Source: Anaerolineaceae bacterium (GTDB lineage: Bacteria; Chloroflexota; Anaerolineae; Anaerolineales; Anaerolineaceae). Taken from it: DNA of 64,000 nt. The position numbers and the translations under genes were made by a program. Shown here one piece after another: positions 43,150-52,590 of this stretch. The stretch's first letter is position 1. Each line of letters begins with the position of its first letter. Below the pieces are notes generated by a model. That model worked only from the letters and a program-made list of their open reading frames with translations. It made no database searches and was not told where the DNA came from. The DNA lies in the NCBI GenBank assembly GCA_029265815.1, contig JAJUGU010000002.1:210061-274060 (forward strand). The letters are read 5' to 3'.

Positions 43150-45222
43150 TTATTCTTCCTTTTTGCTTTCCAGTTCTTTGGCCCGGGCATCAATGATCGG
43201 TTGGGCAATATGTGCTGGAACCACCTCGGTATGGTCAAATTCCATACTGAAAAATCCGCGGCCGCCTGTGATAGAGCGCAGGGTGGTGGTATAGCGCAGC
43301 ATTTCAGACAAGGGAACGGTAGCGGTCACGACGGAACGACCCTTTTGGGTTTCCATGCCCTGAATACGGGCGCGGCGGGTGTTAAGGTCGCCCATTACGT
43401 CGCCCATGTTGGCTTCGGGCACGGTGATCTTGCAAAGCATGATCGGTTCGCGCAGAACAGGTGCGGCGTCTTTGACTGCCAATTTGAATGCTTCGCGGCC
43501 GGCAACTTCAAACGCCACCGGTTTTGAATCCACCGGGTGTTCTTTGCCGTCATAGACAGATACATGTACGCCAGAAACCGGGTATCCTGCAATAACACCC
43601 TCTTTCATAACTGCCTGGATGCCTTTTTGAATGGAGGAAGAATAGGACTGCGAGATAGCACCGCCAAAAACATCCCAGCTGAAGTCATAATCTTTATCAG
43701 TCAACGGGCTGACTTTGAGGTGAACTTCGCCAAATTGTCCTGAACCACCGGTTTGTTTCTTATGGCGGTACATCGCCGATGCAGATTTGGTGATGGTTTC
43801 TTGATAGGGGACCTTGGGTTCCTGGATGAGGATGCCAACCTGGAATTTTGTTTCAGCTCGGCGAATGGCTACATCGATGTGCTGATCACCCATTCCCTGC
43901 AGGATGGTCTGTAAAGTGTAAGGATCATTATGCCAGGTGAGGGTCATGTCTTCTTCACACAACCGTGCAAGCGTGGCAGACATCTTGGTTGAATCTGCCT
44001 GCGTCTTGGGGAAGAGGGCAACCTGGTAGAGCGCGGTTGGGTACTGCGGCAGGGGCAGTGTCAGGGGGTGACTCTTGTCGCAGAGGGTGTTAGAGGTGGA
44101 GGTTTCAGAAAGCTTTGGCACCACGCAGATGTCACCAGCGTGAATGGTTTTGACGGAAATGGATTCTTTTCCGCGCGGAACGTTTACCGAACCAAGGCGT
44201 TCTTCAATGCTTTTTGTCTGGTTCCAAACCCTGGCATCAGCGCTGATGGTTCCTGAATAAACACGGAAGTAGGTCTGCTTTCCAACAAACGGATCTGCAG
44301 TTGTTTTCCAGACGTAGATTGCCAGGGGACCGTCATCTCTGGCTTCAAGGATTTCTTCGCCATTCTTGCCTTCGGCAACCTGAGCTGGAGCCTGGGCGGG
44401 AGAGGGCATGATATCCACTATTGCATCGAGCAATTTGAGCAGCCCGGTGCCGGTTGACCCGGAGGAAACCAAAACGGGAACAAAACCACACGACCGAACC
44501 ACCGCAGTGAGTCCTTTGATCACTTCTTCTTCACTGAGCGTTCCGCTTTCAAGGTATTTCTCTAAAAGCGAATCGTCACCTTCAGCGGCTGCTTCGACCA
44601 GTTTCATTCTCGCTTCTTCAGCGGCAGACTTATATTCAGCAGGGATTTCTTCTGCGGTTTTACCAACACCCTTGAAGGCTTTCATTGAGAGCAAGTCGAT
44701 AACACCCTGGAACGCCTGCTTCTCACCCCAGGGCAGTTGTATCGGGATAAGTCGAATGTCGGAATATTCCTCAACAGACTTCAAGGCTTTCTGGAAGTTG
44801 GCGTTTTCACGATCCATTTTGTTGATCACCAGAAAGCGCGGGAGGTTAAATTTTGTGCAGTAATCCCAAGCCAGTTCAGTGCCAACTTCAAGACCATTGA
44901 CTGCGTCTATCATTAGGATAGCGCCGTCAGAAACCCGCATGGCTGAAATTTCCTCTCCAACGAAATCCGTATAGCCAGGAGTATCGAGGAAATTAATCTT
45001 GACGTCGCGATATTCCACGGGAATCACAGAGGTATAAAGCGAGATTGTGCGGCGGATTTCTTCTTCATCAAAGTCAGAAGCAGTTGTTCCGTCCTCAATC
45101 TTTCCCATACGGGTGGTAGCACCAGTGTGATGGAGAAATGCTTCGCAAAGAATCGTCTTTCCAGCACCTGAGTGAGATGCCAGTACGATATTACGGATTT
45201 TTTCGGTTGAGTACTCTTTCAT
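43150..45222 (-). CDS. Elongation factor G paralogue (EF-G2-like translational GTPase)
   Basis: 690 aa. G1 is SHSGAGKT, G3 is DTPGYTDF and G4 is NKMD. EF-G domains II-V are present by length and pattern. It is not in an rpsL-rpsG-fusA-tuf context. Confidence 0.85.
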   Translation of the reverse strand: MKEYSTEKIRNIVLASHSGAGKTILCEAFLHHTGATTRMGKIEDGTTASDFDEEEIRRTISLYTSVIPVEYRDVKINFLDTPGYTDFVGEEISAMRVSDGAILMIDAVNGLEVGTELAWDYCTKFNLPRFLVINKMDRENANFQKALKSVEEYSDIRLIPIQLPWGEKQAFQGVIDLLSMKAFKGVGKTAEEIPAEYKSAAEEARMKLVEAAAEGDDSLLEKYLESGTLSEEEVIKGLTAVVRSCGFVPVLVSSGSTGTGLLKLLDAIVDIMPSPAQAPAQVAEGKNGEEILEARDDGPLAIYVWKTTADPFVGKQTYFRVYSGTISADARVWNQTKSIEERLGSVNVPRGKESISVKTIHAGDICVVPKLSETSTSNTLCDKSHPLTLPLPQYPTALYQVALFPKTQADSTKMSATLARLCEEDMTLTWHNDPYTLQTILQGMGDQHIDVAIRRAETKFQVGILIQEPKVPYQETITKSASAMYRHKKQTGGSGQFGEVHLKVSPLTDKDYDFSWDVFGGAISQSYSSSIQKGIQAVMKEGVIAGYPVSGVHVSVYDGKEHPVDSKPVAFEVAGREAFKLAVKDAAPVLREPIMLCKITVPEANMGDVMGDLNTRRARIQGMETQKGRSVVTATVPLSEMLRYTTTLRSITGGRGFFSMEFDHTEVVPAHIAQPIIDARAKELESKKEE

Positions 45223-45266
45223 GAAAGGGGGCCCTTCTTGCTAAATGAGATTGATTCAACCTGCTA

Positions 45267-45295
45267 ATTTTAATTGACGATTCCTTTCTTGTCAA
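45267..45295 (-). promoter_or_regulatory. Sigma70-type promoter for the EF-G paralogue
   Basis: The minus strand carries TTGACA (45290-45295), a 17-nt spacer and TAAAAT (45267-45272). The -35 and spacer lie within the inverted repeat TTGAC-N12-GTCAA. Confidence 0.5.
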
Positions 45296-45376
45296 AGCGT
45301 ATTGGTTCTTCAATATAAATGCATCGCTTATTGATGAAAATAACTATGTTGTACAATGTAGACGGGAACTATAAGG

Positions 45377-46093
45377 ATGAATAATACGTCTATAAATGTG
45401 TGGCGGTTGATGCTGCTTTCTTTAATTGCGTTGTTTAATCTCTCACCGTCGTGGATTAAGGCATGGACTTACGAACAAAATAGCCTCTCCATGCAATCGG
45501 GTTCATTTGTTCATATCCAGCCAATTGAACCTTTGTCGATTACTCAGATCGCTGGAACGAAATATTGCCTGAATTTGTTTGATGGACAGGTGGAAATTTA
45601 CACCTGTGACACTGATCAGATGGAAGTTGTCTGGCAAAACCCTGCAGGTTGGGAAGTCCGGGAGGCATTCTTCTCAGATCTAAACCGCGACGGTGTTCCA
45701 GAAGCAACATTGCTTGTGTGGCGTGAGTTTCAACCCTGGCCAGTGGATCGTTTTTTACCAAGCGGGGGAAGAATTGATTCCTTCCAGGATTCTAAAGGTA
45801 AAAGCTGCCAGGTGATTTTAATTGGAATGAATGATGGTAAATTCGATGAAGTTTGGGCCGGGTCTGCGATGGCGGACCCGCTGCATCAAATTCACGCAGT
45901 TGATCTGGATGATGATGGGGTGGAGGAACTGGCAGGGCTGGAATATCCATATAATGGAAACGATCACCGATCTTCCCTTGTGGTTTGGGAATGGAACGGG
46001 TTCGGTTTTACCCTTGGTGACCGTAAAACTGGTTCTTATTCGAACCTGCTAATTGTTTTTGATCAACAAAATATATTGCTTATGGTTCAGTAA
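45377..46093 (+). CDS. Exported FG-GAP/VCBS-like repeat protein
   Basis: 238 aa with the N-terminal signal/anchor LMLLSLIALFNL. It has Ca-binding-like repeats DLNRDGVPE and DLDDDGVEE. Its stop overlaps the next start (TAATG). Confidence 0.45.
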   Translation: MNNTSINVWRLMLLSLIALFNLSPSWIKAWTYEQNSLSMQSGSFVHIQPIEPLSITQIAGTKYCLNLFDGQVEIYTCDTDQMEVVWQNPAGWEVREAFFSDLNRDGVPEATLLVWREFQPWPVDRFLPSGGRIDSFQDSKGKSCQVILIGMNDGKFDEVWAGSAMADPLHQIHAVDLDDDGVEELAGLEYPYNGNDHRSSLVVWEWNGFGFTLGDRKTGSYSNLLIVFDQQNILLMVQ

Positions 46094-48327
46094 TGGAGGA
46101 TGTAATGAAGCAAAAAAAGACTCTTACCCTGATATCTCTATTCACAATCGCGTTGATATTGCTTAATGCCTGTACGCTTCCATTCAACATTGTGGAACGT
46201 GTCAAGGAGGCTATTCAATCTGCAGTTGAGGAGACTCCATCAGTCGCAGCTGAGGAGCCGGCAGCTACAATCATGCCAGCAGAGGAATTGTATTCCGAAC
46301 CATTCGCAGCGTATTCACCGGTCAGTTACACTATTCCCGATAAATTCACTGGTGGTTATTCGCTCCCGCTAATGATCGATCAGGTGAAAGGATTGGAGGA
46401 ATTTGATCTCAGCAGCGCACAGATCGCAGCGTTACTGCAGAACGGGTTTGTGGTTAAACCGGCTGAAAATGATCCTAACCGCAGATATAACGAGTTTTAT
46501 CAGGCTTATGAATCTGTGCGTTATGATTCCACGCCGATCTTTGTTACAACCGATGCAGTATTCCATGTGTATCATCTCATTTTTGATAAAATGCTGCGCG
46601 ACCTGGAGCGAGTATCCTTTACCAATTTGTTGAAAGAACTGACATCGGCTATGGTGGAAGAAAGTTCTGCCCAATATGACCAGTTAAAGGGTACCGAAAT
46701 GGAAGAAGCCGCGCTGCGCAATGTGGCGTATTTTGCGGTTCCAGCGTTGATCTATGGTCTTCCAGTTACGATACCCGCAGAAGCGCTGACCCTGGCGGAA
46801 GAAGAGGTGGCGTTAATTGATTCTCAGGCAGGTACACTTACTTCTCCAATCTGGGACACAGGAGAGCAAGCATCGGATGATATATACATTGAAGACTATT
46901 CTCAATATATTCCCCGCGGTCATTACACCATGGATGAGGGGCTCAAGACTTATTTCAAAGCCATGATGTGGTATGGGCGGATGACTTTTCGTTTAAAAGA
47001 TCCAATTGAGACCCAGCGAGCATTGCTTGTGGTACAGGCCATGCGCACGGCTCAAACTCAATCGGGTCGAACCGCTCAGGAATTGTGGCAGAATATTTAT
47101 GACCCAACAGTGTTTATCGTTGGTAAATCTGATGATCTCTCAATCTATGAATATGGAGCGTTATCTGACAGGATCTTTGGCAGCTCTCCTGATCTGCGTT
47201 CATTTGCAGATCCTGCGCTGTTAGCTGCTTTTAAAGAAGCAGCCAAAGCATTACCCGCCCCACAGATCAACTCCATGTGGGTATGGATCTGGCAGGACCG
47301 CGATGAAGCTACCAAAGGTTTCAGGTTCATGGGTCAGCGCTTCACCTTGGATGAATACGTTTTTGGCCAATTAATCTGGCGCAAAGTCGGAACGCTTGAA
47401 AACCCCAGAGATTTACCGAAGAGTCTCGACTTTCTGGCAGCGATGGGATCAGAAGAAGCGTATGCGATACTGGACGGGATGGGCGAGACTTTTTATGAGA
47501 ATTACAACCAACAAATGACTAAAGTGAAAAGCGAAGTGGCAGCGTTCGGTCTGGACTCGTGGACACAGAATCTCTACTGGTCCTGGTTGTATGCCTTGCA
47601 GCCCATTTTTGCGGTCAAAGGTGAACAGTACCCGGCTTTTATGCAAACCCGGGCATGGCTGCGTAAGGATATTCAAACCGCGCTCAGTTCTTGGACTGAG
47701 TTAAAACATGACACAATTTTGTATTCGAAGCAAGTGATGGCAGAAATGGGTGGAGGTCCCAGTGATCAGGTTCCACATGGGTATGTTGAACCCAACCCAG
47801 AAGCCTATGCAAGGCTGCTGGCTCTGGCGAACATGACTCGAGACGGATTAGAAAAACGTGGATTGCTTGATGAGGTCACCAGAGGTAATCTCGACAACCT
47901 CATCGACGAACTTAATTTTCTGCTGGATGTTTCTCAGAAAGAGTTAGCCGGAGTAACCCTCACCGATGATGAATACTGGCGGATCCAGTACTTTGGCGGG
48001 TGGCTGGAAGCGTTGACTGTTGCGGCAGCTGATGTGGCTGACCCTATGCAAGGCGGCGGTGACCTACACGATCAAAAATCAGCACTTGTTGCTGATGTGG
48101 CGACCGGAATCGGACGAGTGCTTGAGGAAGGTGTAGGCTACCCGACAAGTATTTATGTCGTGACACCAACCGAGCCATACACGGTGGCTGTAGGAGCTGT
48201 GTACACCTATTATGAATTCCCTGTAGCTCAGGATAATCGCCTGACAGATGAAGCCTGGCAGCAAATGTTGGAATCTGGTTCAGCCCCGGCAGCTCCTGAG
48301 TGGACATCTTTATTTATTGTTCCATAA
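46093..48327 (+). CDS. Lipoprotein, DUF3160-like
   Basis: 744 aa with the lipobox LILLNAC. The size and the YIPRGHYT motif recall the DUF3160 family. This is a by-eye call. Confidence 0.5.
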   Translation: MEDVMKQKKTLTLISLFTIALILLNACTLPFNIVERVKEAIQSAVEETPSVAAEEPAATIMPAEELYSEPFAAYSPVSYTIPDKFTGGYSLPLMIDQVKGLEEFDLSSAQIAALLQNGFVVKPAENDPNRRYNEFYQAYESVRYDSTPIFVTTDAVFHVYHLIFDKMLRDLERVSFTNLLKELTSAMVEESSAQYDQLKGTEMEEAALRNVAYFAVPALIYGLPVTIPAEALTLAEEEVALIDSQAGTLTSPIWDTGEQASDDIYIEDYSQYIPRGHYTMDEGLKTYFKAMMWYGRMTFRLKDPIETQRALLVVQAMRTAQTQSGRTAQELWQNIYDPTVFIVGKSDDLSIYEYGALSDRIFGSSPDLRSFADPALLAAFKEAAKALPAPQINSMWVWIWQDRDEATKGFRFMGQRFTLDEYVFGQLIWRKVGTLENPRDLPKSLDFLAAMGSEEAYAILDGMGETFYENYNQQMTKVKSEVAAFGLDSWTQNLYWSWLYALQPIFAVKGEQYPAFMQTRAWLRKDIQTALSSWTELKHDTILYSKQVMAEMGGGPSDQVPHGYVEPNPEAYARLLALANMTRDGLEKRGLLDEVTRGNLDNLIDELNFLLDVSQKELAGVTLTDDEYWRIQYFGGWLEALTVAAADVADPMQGGGDLHDQKSALVADVATGIGRVLEEGVGYPTSIYVVTPTEPYTVAVGAVYTYYEFPVAQDNRLTDEAWQQMLESGSAPAAPEWTSLFIVP

Positions 48328-49322
48328 TGAATCGCAGATTATTGATGCAGGGAGCGCTGGTCCTGACAGCGCTCCTTGCGCTTACCGGATGTACCAGAGA
48401 GAAAATAACCTCTTCGCTGTTGTTGGGTGGAGATGTGTTTCTCGCAAGAGCAGGCGAACCTTTATTTGAGCCAACCGATGAGCCCTGGGGAGATCTGTTG
48501 TCCATTAGAGAAGCGTTTAAACACAGTTTTTTTGCGGTTAATCTGGAATCGCCTTTGGGCATACTAACGGGAAACAGTGATCAAACTGATTTATCATACA
48601 ACTTATGCGCACCTCCAAATTCCGTTAACTTCTTATCACAAGCCAGAGTCAATCTGGTGACCATGGCCAACAATCACGCACAGGATTGTGTGGACTCGGG
48701 AGCGGCCTCTACCACGCAAACCCTCGATGAGGCTGGCATTTTTCACGCCGGTGGGCAGGGAGATGTTGTTCAGGCAACGATTTCTGGGCGACCCATCGCC
48801 ATTCTCACCTTAAACGATGTTACTGGTTCGTATGAATTAGATTTAATATTGCAGCAAGTTCAGCAAACGGCCGCAGAAGTTGACCTGGTGGTGGTATCGA
48901 TCCACTGGGGAGCGGAATATCAGGCTGGACCTACGCCGCACCAGAGAGAGCTGGCAGCCAGTTTGGTGGATGCCGGGGCGGATATTGTCTGGGGACACCA
49001 TCCACATGTGTTACAGCCGTTGGAGTGGATGCAATCGAAAACCGATGGACATGATGCTCTGGTGATGTACAGCCTCGGAAACCTGCTGTCAGACCAATGG
49101 ATGCTGCAGGATACGCAAAAAACGATCCTGGTGAAGATCGATTTTAACGACGAAGGAATCTCGAAAATCACCTTGGTCGCCATGCGAATGGAAATTTCTT
49201 CTGGCCAACTTGTTCTTGAGCACGACGAGAAGGATATCTTGTGGTGGAAAAACAGACTGAATTTTGATGAGGCTGCTTTGGGTATGGTTGAAATGGAAAT
49301 CTGGCGATCCGCTGCCCCATAA
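48327..49322 (+). CDS. CapA/PgsA-family metallophosphatase-like lipoprotein
   Basis: The start is ATG 48327 (TAATG overlap); the track ORF from 48300 is an upstream extension. The lipobox is LLALTGC. Motifs are MANNHAQD, SIHWGAEY and WGHHPHVLQP. Confidence 0.75.
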   Translation: MNRRLLMQGALVLTALLALTGCTREKITSSLLLGGDVFLARAGEPLFEPTDEPWGDLLSIREAFKHSFFAVNLESPLGILTGNSDQTDLSYNLCAPPNSVNFLSQARVNLVTMANNHAQDCVDSGAASTTQTLDEAGIFHAGGQGDVVQATISGRPIAILTLNDVTGSYELDLILQQVQQTAAEVDLVVVSIHWGAEYQAGPTPHQRELAASLVDAGADIVWGHHPHVLQPLEWMQSKTDGHDALVMYSLGNLLSDQWMLQDTQKTILVKIDFNDEGISKITLVAMRMEISSGQLVLEHDEKDILWWKNRLNFDEAALGMVEMEIWRSAAP

Positions 49323-49325
49323 GTT

Positions 49326-49868
49326 TTATAGATGAAGCAGCTTTTCCATGCGCCATGAAGGCTCGTGTACTGTGCGCCAGGAACCAAGGTGATCAACATA
49401 AGACCAGATACCCGGTTCTTCTGCTACGATTTCGAACCCACGACGTCGATAAAGCCGGATGGCATCTGTATTATCTCGGGCGACATTCAATGTCATTCGA
49501 GTGAATCTTTTTGAAAGCAGATATTGTTCAACGATGTCCAGCATTCTCGATCCGATTCCGAGGCTGCGGTAAGGTGGTTTGATACGAAAGGAATACATAT
49601 ACGCCCGGTTCCAGCCATCAGCCAGTTCCGGACGGTCGCAGTTTAGCTGGAGAAAGATCTGTCCAATCATCCCCATTCCTATTAATTCTGCAATCCAAGC
49701 CATAGCTGTGCCGTTCAATATACGCTTGTACAGGTTGAGGAACAGATTGCGGAAATGCGTGTATTCACCGTCCCATTCCAGGTCTGGAAGATCTGATTTT
49801 TTCAGCCTGCGAATGGTCACATTTTCTAAAATTGAGATAGCTGATACTTCAATCTTGCGGTCTGTCAT
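49326..49868 (-). CDS. GNAT family N-acetyltransferase
   Basis: 180 aa with the acetyl-CoA motif YRSLGIGSRMLDIVEQYL and ...AIRLYRRRGFE. Confidence 0.8.
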   Translation of the reverse strand: MTDRKIEVSAISILENVTIRRLKKSDLPDLEWDGEYTHFRNLFLNLYKRILNGTAMAWIAELIGMGMIGQIFLQLNCDRPELADGWNRAYMYSFRIKPPYRSLGIGSRMLDIVEQYLLSKRFTRMTLNVARDNTDAIRLYRRRGFEIVAEEPGIWSYVDHLGSWRTVHEPSWRMEKLLHL

Positions 49869-52512
49869 TGTCTTTTGCCAGCATATCGTTCAAAAAAGAC
49901 ATCTCTTCAGCTTCTGTGGTAATAATTCCATCCAGCCAGGCTTCGCGCAGCCTTGAAAGAATCTCTGCATAATGTGGTCCGGGCAGAACGCCTTTTTCGC
50001 GTAGTTTGTTGCCATCTGTATACGGTACGAACTTGCGCCATTTGACAGCGTATTCATAGATTTTCTGTTTCAATTCTTCATTACTCGTAAGACAATATAA
50101 AGTATATACACCAAAAACCGGAATCTTTTCAAGCATCATGGAAATCTTACTGGGAGTCATCCATTTAAATTCCGCGAGCCTTCCAGCAACACTACCAATT
50201 TTTGCAAGGGTTTCCATAATCTGATTCGAAAGACGCAAGCGATTGCCGATTTCGACACTCGCTTCAACTGGCAGCGGCACGAGCCACACGAGATAAGCCA
50301 GGATCAAGCGGGTTGGAGTGTTGCCCACATAATCAGTCAGATTCCAGCCAAAACAACTTTGATAATTCAATGCTTCGAGAAGGGCTCTTTCATTCTGTCT
50401 ATTCCAGCTCAACACAGGATGGATATATTCCAGAAGTGAGAGTTCATCCAACCGTCGCATGATTGAAACGGGATCGTTTTCAGAAAAAATCAGATCGAAC
50501 TCATGTCGTAAGCGTTCGCCACTTAGTTGTTTTAGCAGTTCACGGGCTTCGGTCATTAACTGCAGCGTGCGTTTTTCGATCTGGAATTGGAAACGTTGTT
50601 CAAAACGAACCGCACGCAGCATGCGTGTAGGATCGTCAACAAACGATAGAGAGTGAAGTACACGAACCTGTTTCTTCTCGATATCCGACAGCCCGCCCCA
50701 AAAATCATAGATCTCTCCGTAATGATTCCCGTCGAGACGCAGCGCCAGGGTGTTAATTGTAAAATCGCGGCGGTGTAGATCCAATTTTATACTTGATCGT
50801 TCAACGGTTGGAAGGGCACTGGGGTGATCGTAAAATTCAGTTCGAGCGCTGATGAAATCGAGTGAATCTGGAAGATCAACAACGGCTCGTTTCGAGAAAC
50901 CAAGATGAGCCTGAAGGGATGACCATATTGATTCGATCTGCCATTTGGCAGTACCAAATCGGCGATGGCTGACGACGCGTCCGCCAAATTTTCGTTCCAA
51001 TGCATGCGCGAATGAGATCGCGTCTCCTTCGACTACGATATCGAAATCCACAGAGGGTCGTTCTAGAATTAAATCCCTTACAAACCCGCCAACAATGTAG
51101 ATGGCCTGGTGTTCCTCGCTTGAAAATCCAGCGATCATTTTAAGCAGGGCGAGGCGTGAAGGAGGAAGCGCTTTATCGAGCATAACGGCGTAGTTCTTCT
51201 GACCAGCGATCGCGCCGTTGTAACCGGGTAGAGTTTTTAGCAGGTCAGTGCGGGTGACAATGCCCACGATTTTTCCTGATTCAGGGTCAACAACGGGAAT
51301 CTGCCCCCATCCAGTAGCAGCCATTAGCTGGTGCAGTTGATCAATGGTATCGGTGGTCTTCAAGGTGTGTTCACCAGCGTCCATTAGACTGCCGGCATTA
51401 AGGTTCAATTTGTGGCTTATTGCGCGGTCTACTGCACGCCGGGTAAGCAACCCGACAACCCTATCATTCTCCACGACCGGGTACCCTTCATATCCGTAAC
51501 GCTGCATCAACCGGGCAGCTTCATGGAGGGGCGTTGTTGGAGACATGAGGTGAGGTCGGCGGGACATGATCTTTGCGATGGTGAGCGGAGGTCTGATCGA
51601 CCGGGTCAATTCCTCTAAAAGTTGGTTTTTTAGATTAACCAAAATTTCTTCGCTGTCATCCACAGCGCTTACCTGGATCAGTGCAGCCGCAGCTCGTTCA
51701 TGTCCACCTCCGCCAAAATGATGCGCGATCCGTGCGACATTAACCTGGTCAGTAGTAGAACGTGCCACCAAACGAATGCCTTCAGGGGTTCTCACCAGCA
51801 GGAACAAGGCATCAGGATCGAGGAGGTCGCGAAGTTTATGGGCGATACTCGAGATTTCTTCGTTCATATCTAACGCCACTGCTGTTGATATGATGATGGA
51901 TTTTCCGTGGATAGTGATCGAATCAGCTTTTTCGAGCAGACGATCGGCAAGTTTTCGCTGCCCTTCTGAAAGAGATGGATTTAAAAAATCAGCCGCTATC
52001 CTCAGATTGGCTCCCTTTTCAAGAAGATAGGCTGCTGCTTTTACATCTCTCACGGTTGTTGAGGCATATGTCAGCGATCCTGTGTCTTCATAGATTCCTA
52101 ATAAAAGAAGGGTGGCTTGAATCATGCTTATTGGCCGGTTGTGCTCACGCAGCATGTCTACGAGGATTGTGGTTGTGGCTCCCACTTTTTCCAGGCGGTG
52201 AGCCCAACTTGAAGGCATGTCATTCTTTTGATCGTGATGATCGATTACCTTGACGGACGTTCGCGTACTGATTCCCTTAAGGGTAACCAGTGATTGGGTA
52301 TCAACAAGAGTTACGACGTCGATATGCCCGTACGCCAGATCGCGTGGTTCCACAAATTTAAAATCTGCACCGTAGAGATTTAGAAATTCTCTTACATTGC
52401 GATTCACACGATTGGGAAGTACCGGGATTACTTTTTCATCTAGCAAGTGAATGCAAAGGAGTGATGCCAGGGCATCAAAATCTGCTTGTTCGTGAGTCAG
52501 CGCCACTTCCAT
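49849..52512 (-). CDS. DHH/DHHA1 phosphoesterase - CBS pair - poly(A) polymerase/CCA-adding nucleotidyltransferase fusion protein
   Basis: 887 aa. The DHH motifs are EQADFDALAS and VIDHHD. The tandem CBS region includes ...YPVVENDRVVGLLTRRAV and IPVVDPESGKIVGIVTRTDL. The nucleotidyltransferase head has IYIVGGFVRDLIL, DFDIVVEG and RRDFTINTLA. Confidence 0.8.
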   Translation of the reverse strand: MEVALTHEQADFDALASLLCIHLLDEKVIPVLPNRVNRNVREFLNLYGADFKFVEPRDLAYGHIDVVTLVDTQSLVTLKGISTRTSVKVIDHHDQKNDMPSSWAHRLEKVGATTTILVDMLREHNRPISMIQATLLLLGIYEDTGSLTYASTTVRDVKAAAYLLEKGANLRIAADFLNPSLSEGQRKLADRLLEKADSITIHGKSIIISTAVALDMNEEISSIAHKLRDLLDPDALFLLVRTPEGIRLVARSTTDQVNVARIAHHFGGGGHERAAAALIQVSAVDDSEEILVNLKNQLLEELTRSIRPPLTIAKIMSRRPHLMSPTTPLHEAARLMQRYGYEGYPVVENDRVVGLLTRRAVDRAISHKLNLNAGSLMDAGEHTLKTTDTIDQLHQLMAATGWGQIPVVDPESGKIVGIVTRTDLLKTLPGYNGAIAGQKNYAVMLDKALPPSRLALLKMIAGFSSEEHQAIYIVGGFVRDLILERPSVDFDIVVEGDAISFAHALERKFGGRVVSHRRFGTAKWQIESIWSSLQAHLGFSKRAVVDLPDSLDFISARTEFYDHPSALPTVERSSIKLDLHRRDFTINTLALRLDGNHYGEIYDFWGGLSDIEKKQVRVLHSLSFVDDPTRMLRAVRFEQRFQFQIEKRTLQLMTEARELLKQLSGERLRHEFDLIFSENDPVSIMRRLDELSLLEYIHPVLSWNRQNERALLEALNYQSCFGWNLTDYVGNTPTRLILAYLVWLVPLPVEASVEIGNRLRLSNQIMETLAKIGSVAGRLAEFKWMTPSKISMMLEKIPVFGVYTLYCLTSNEELKQKIYEYAVKWRKFVPYTDGNKLREKGVLPGPHYAEILSRLREAWLDGIITTEAEEMSFLNDMLAKDNDRPQD

Positions 52513-52590
52513 AAAATAATTGTAACATTAAGGCATATTGATATGCGCACTGCGAGATGAAAAAGCGTGAAAGGAATTACAATAATCATT

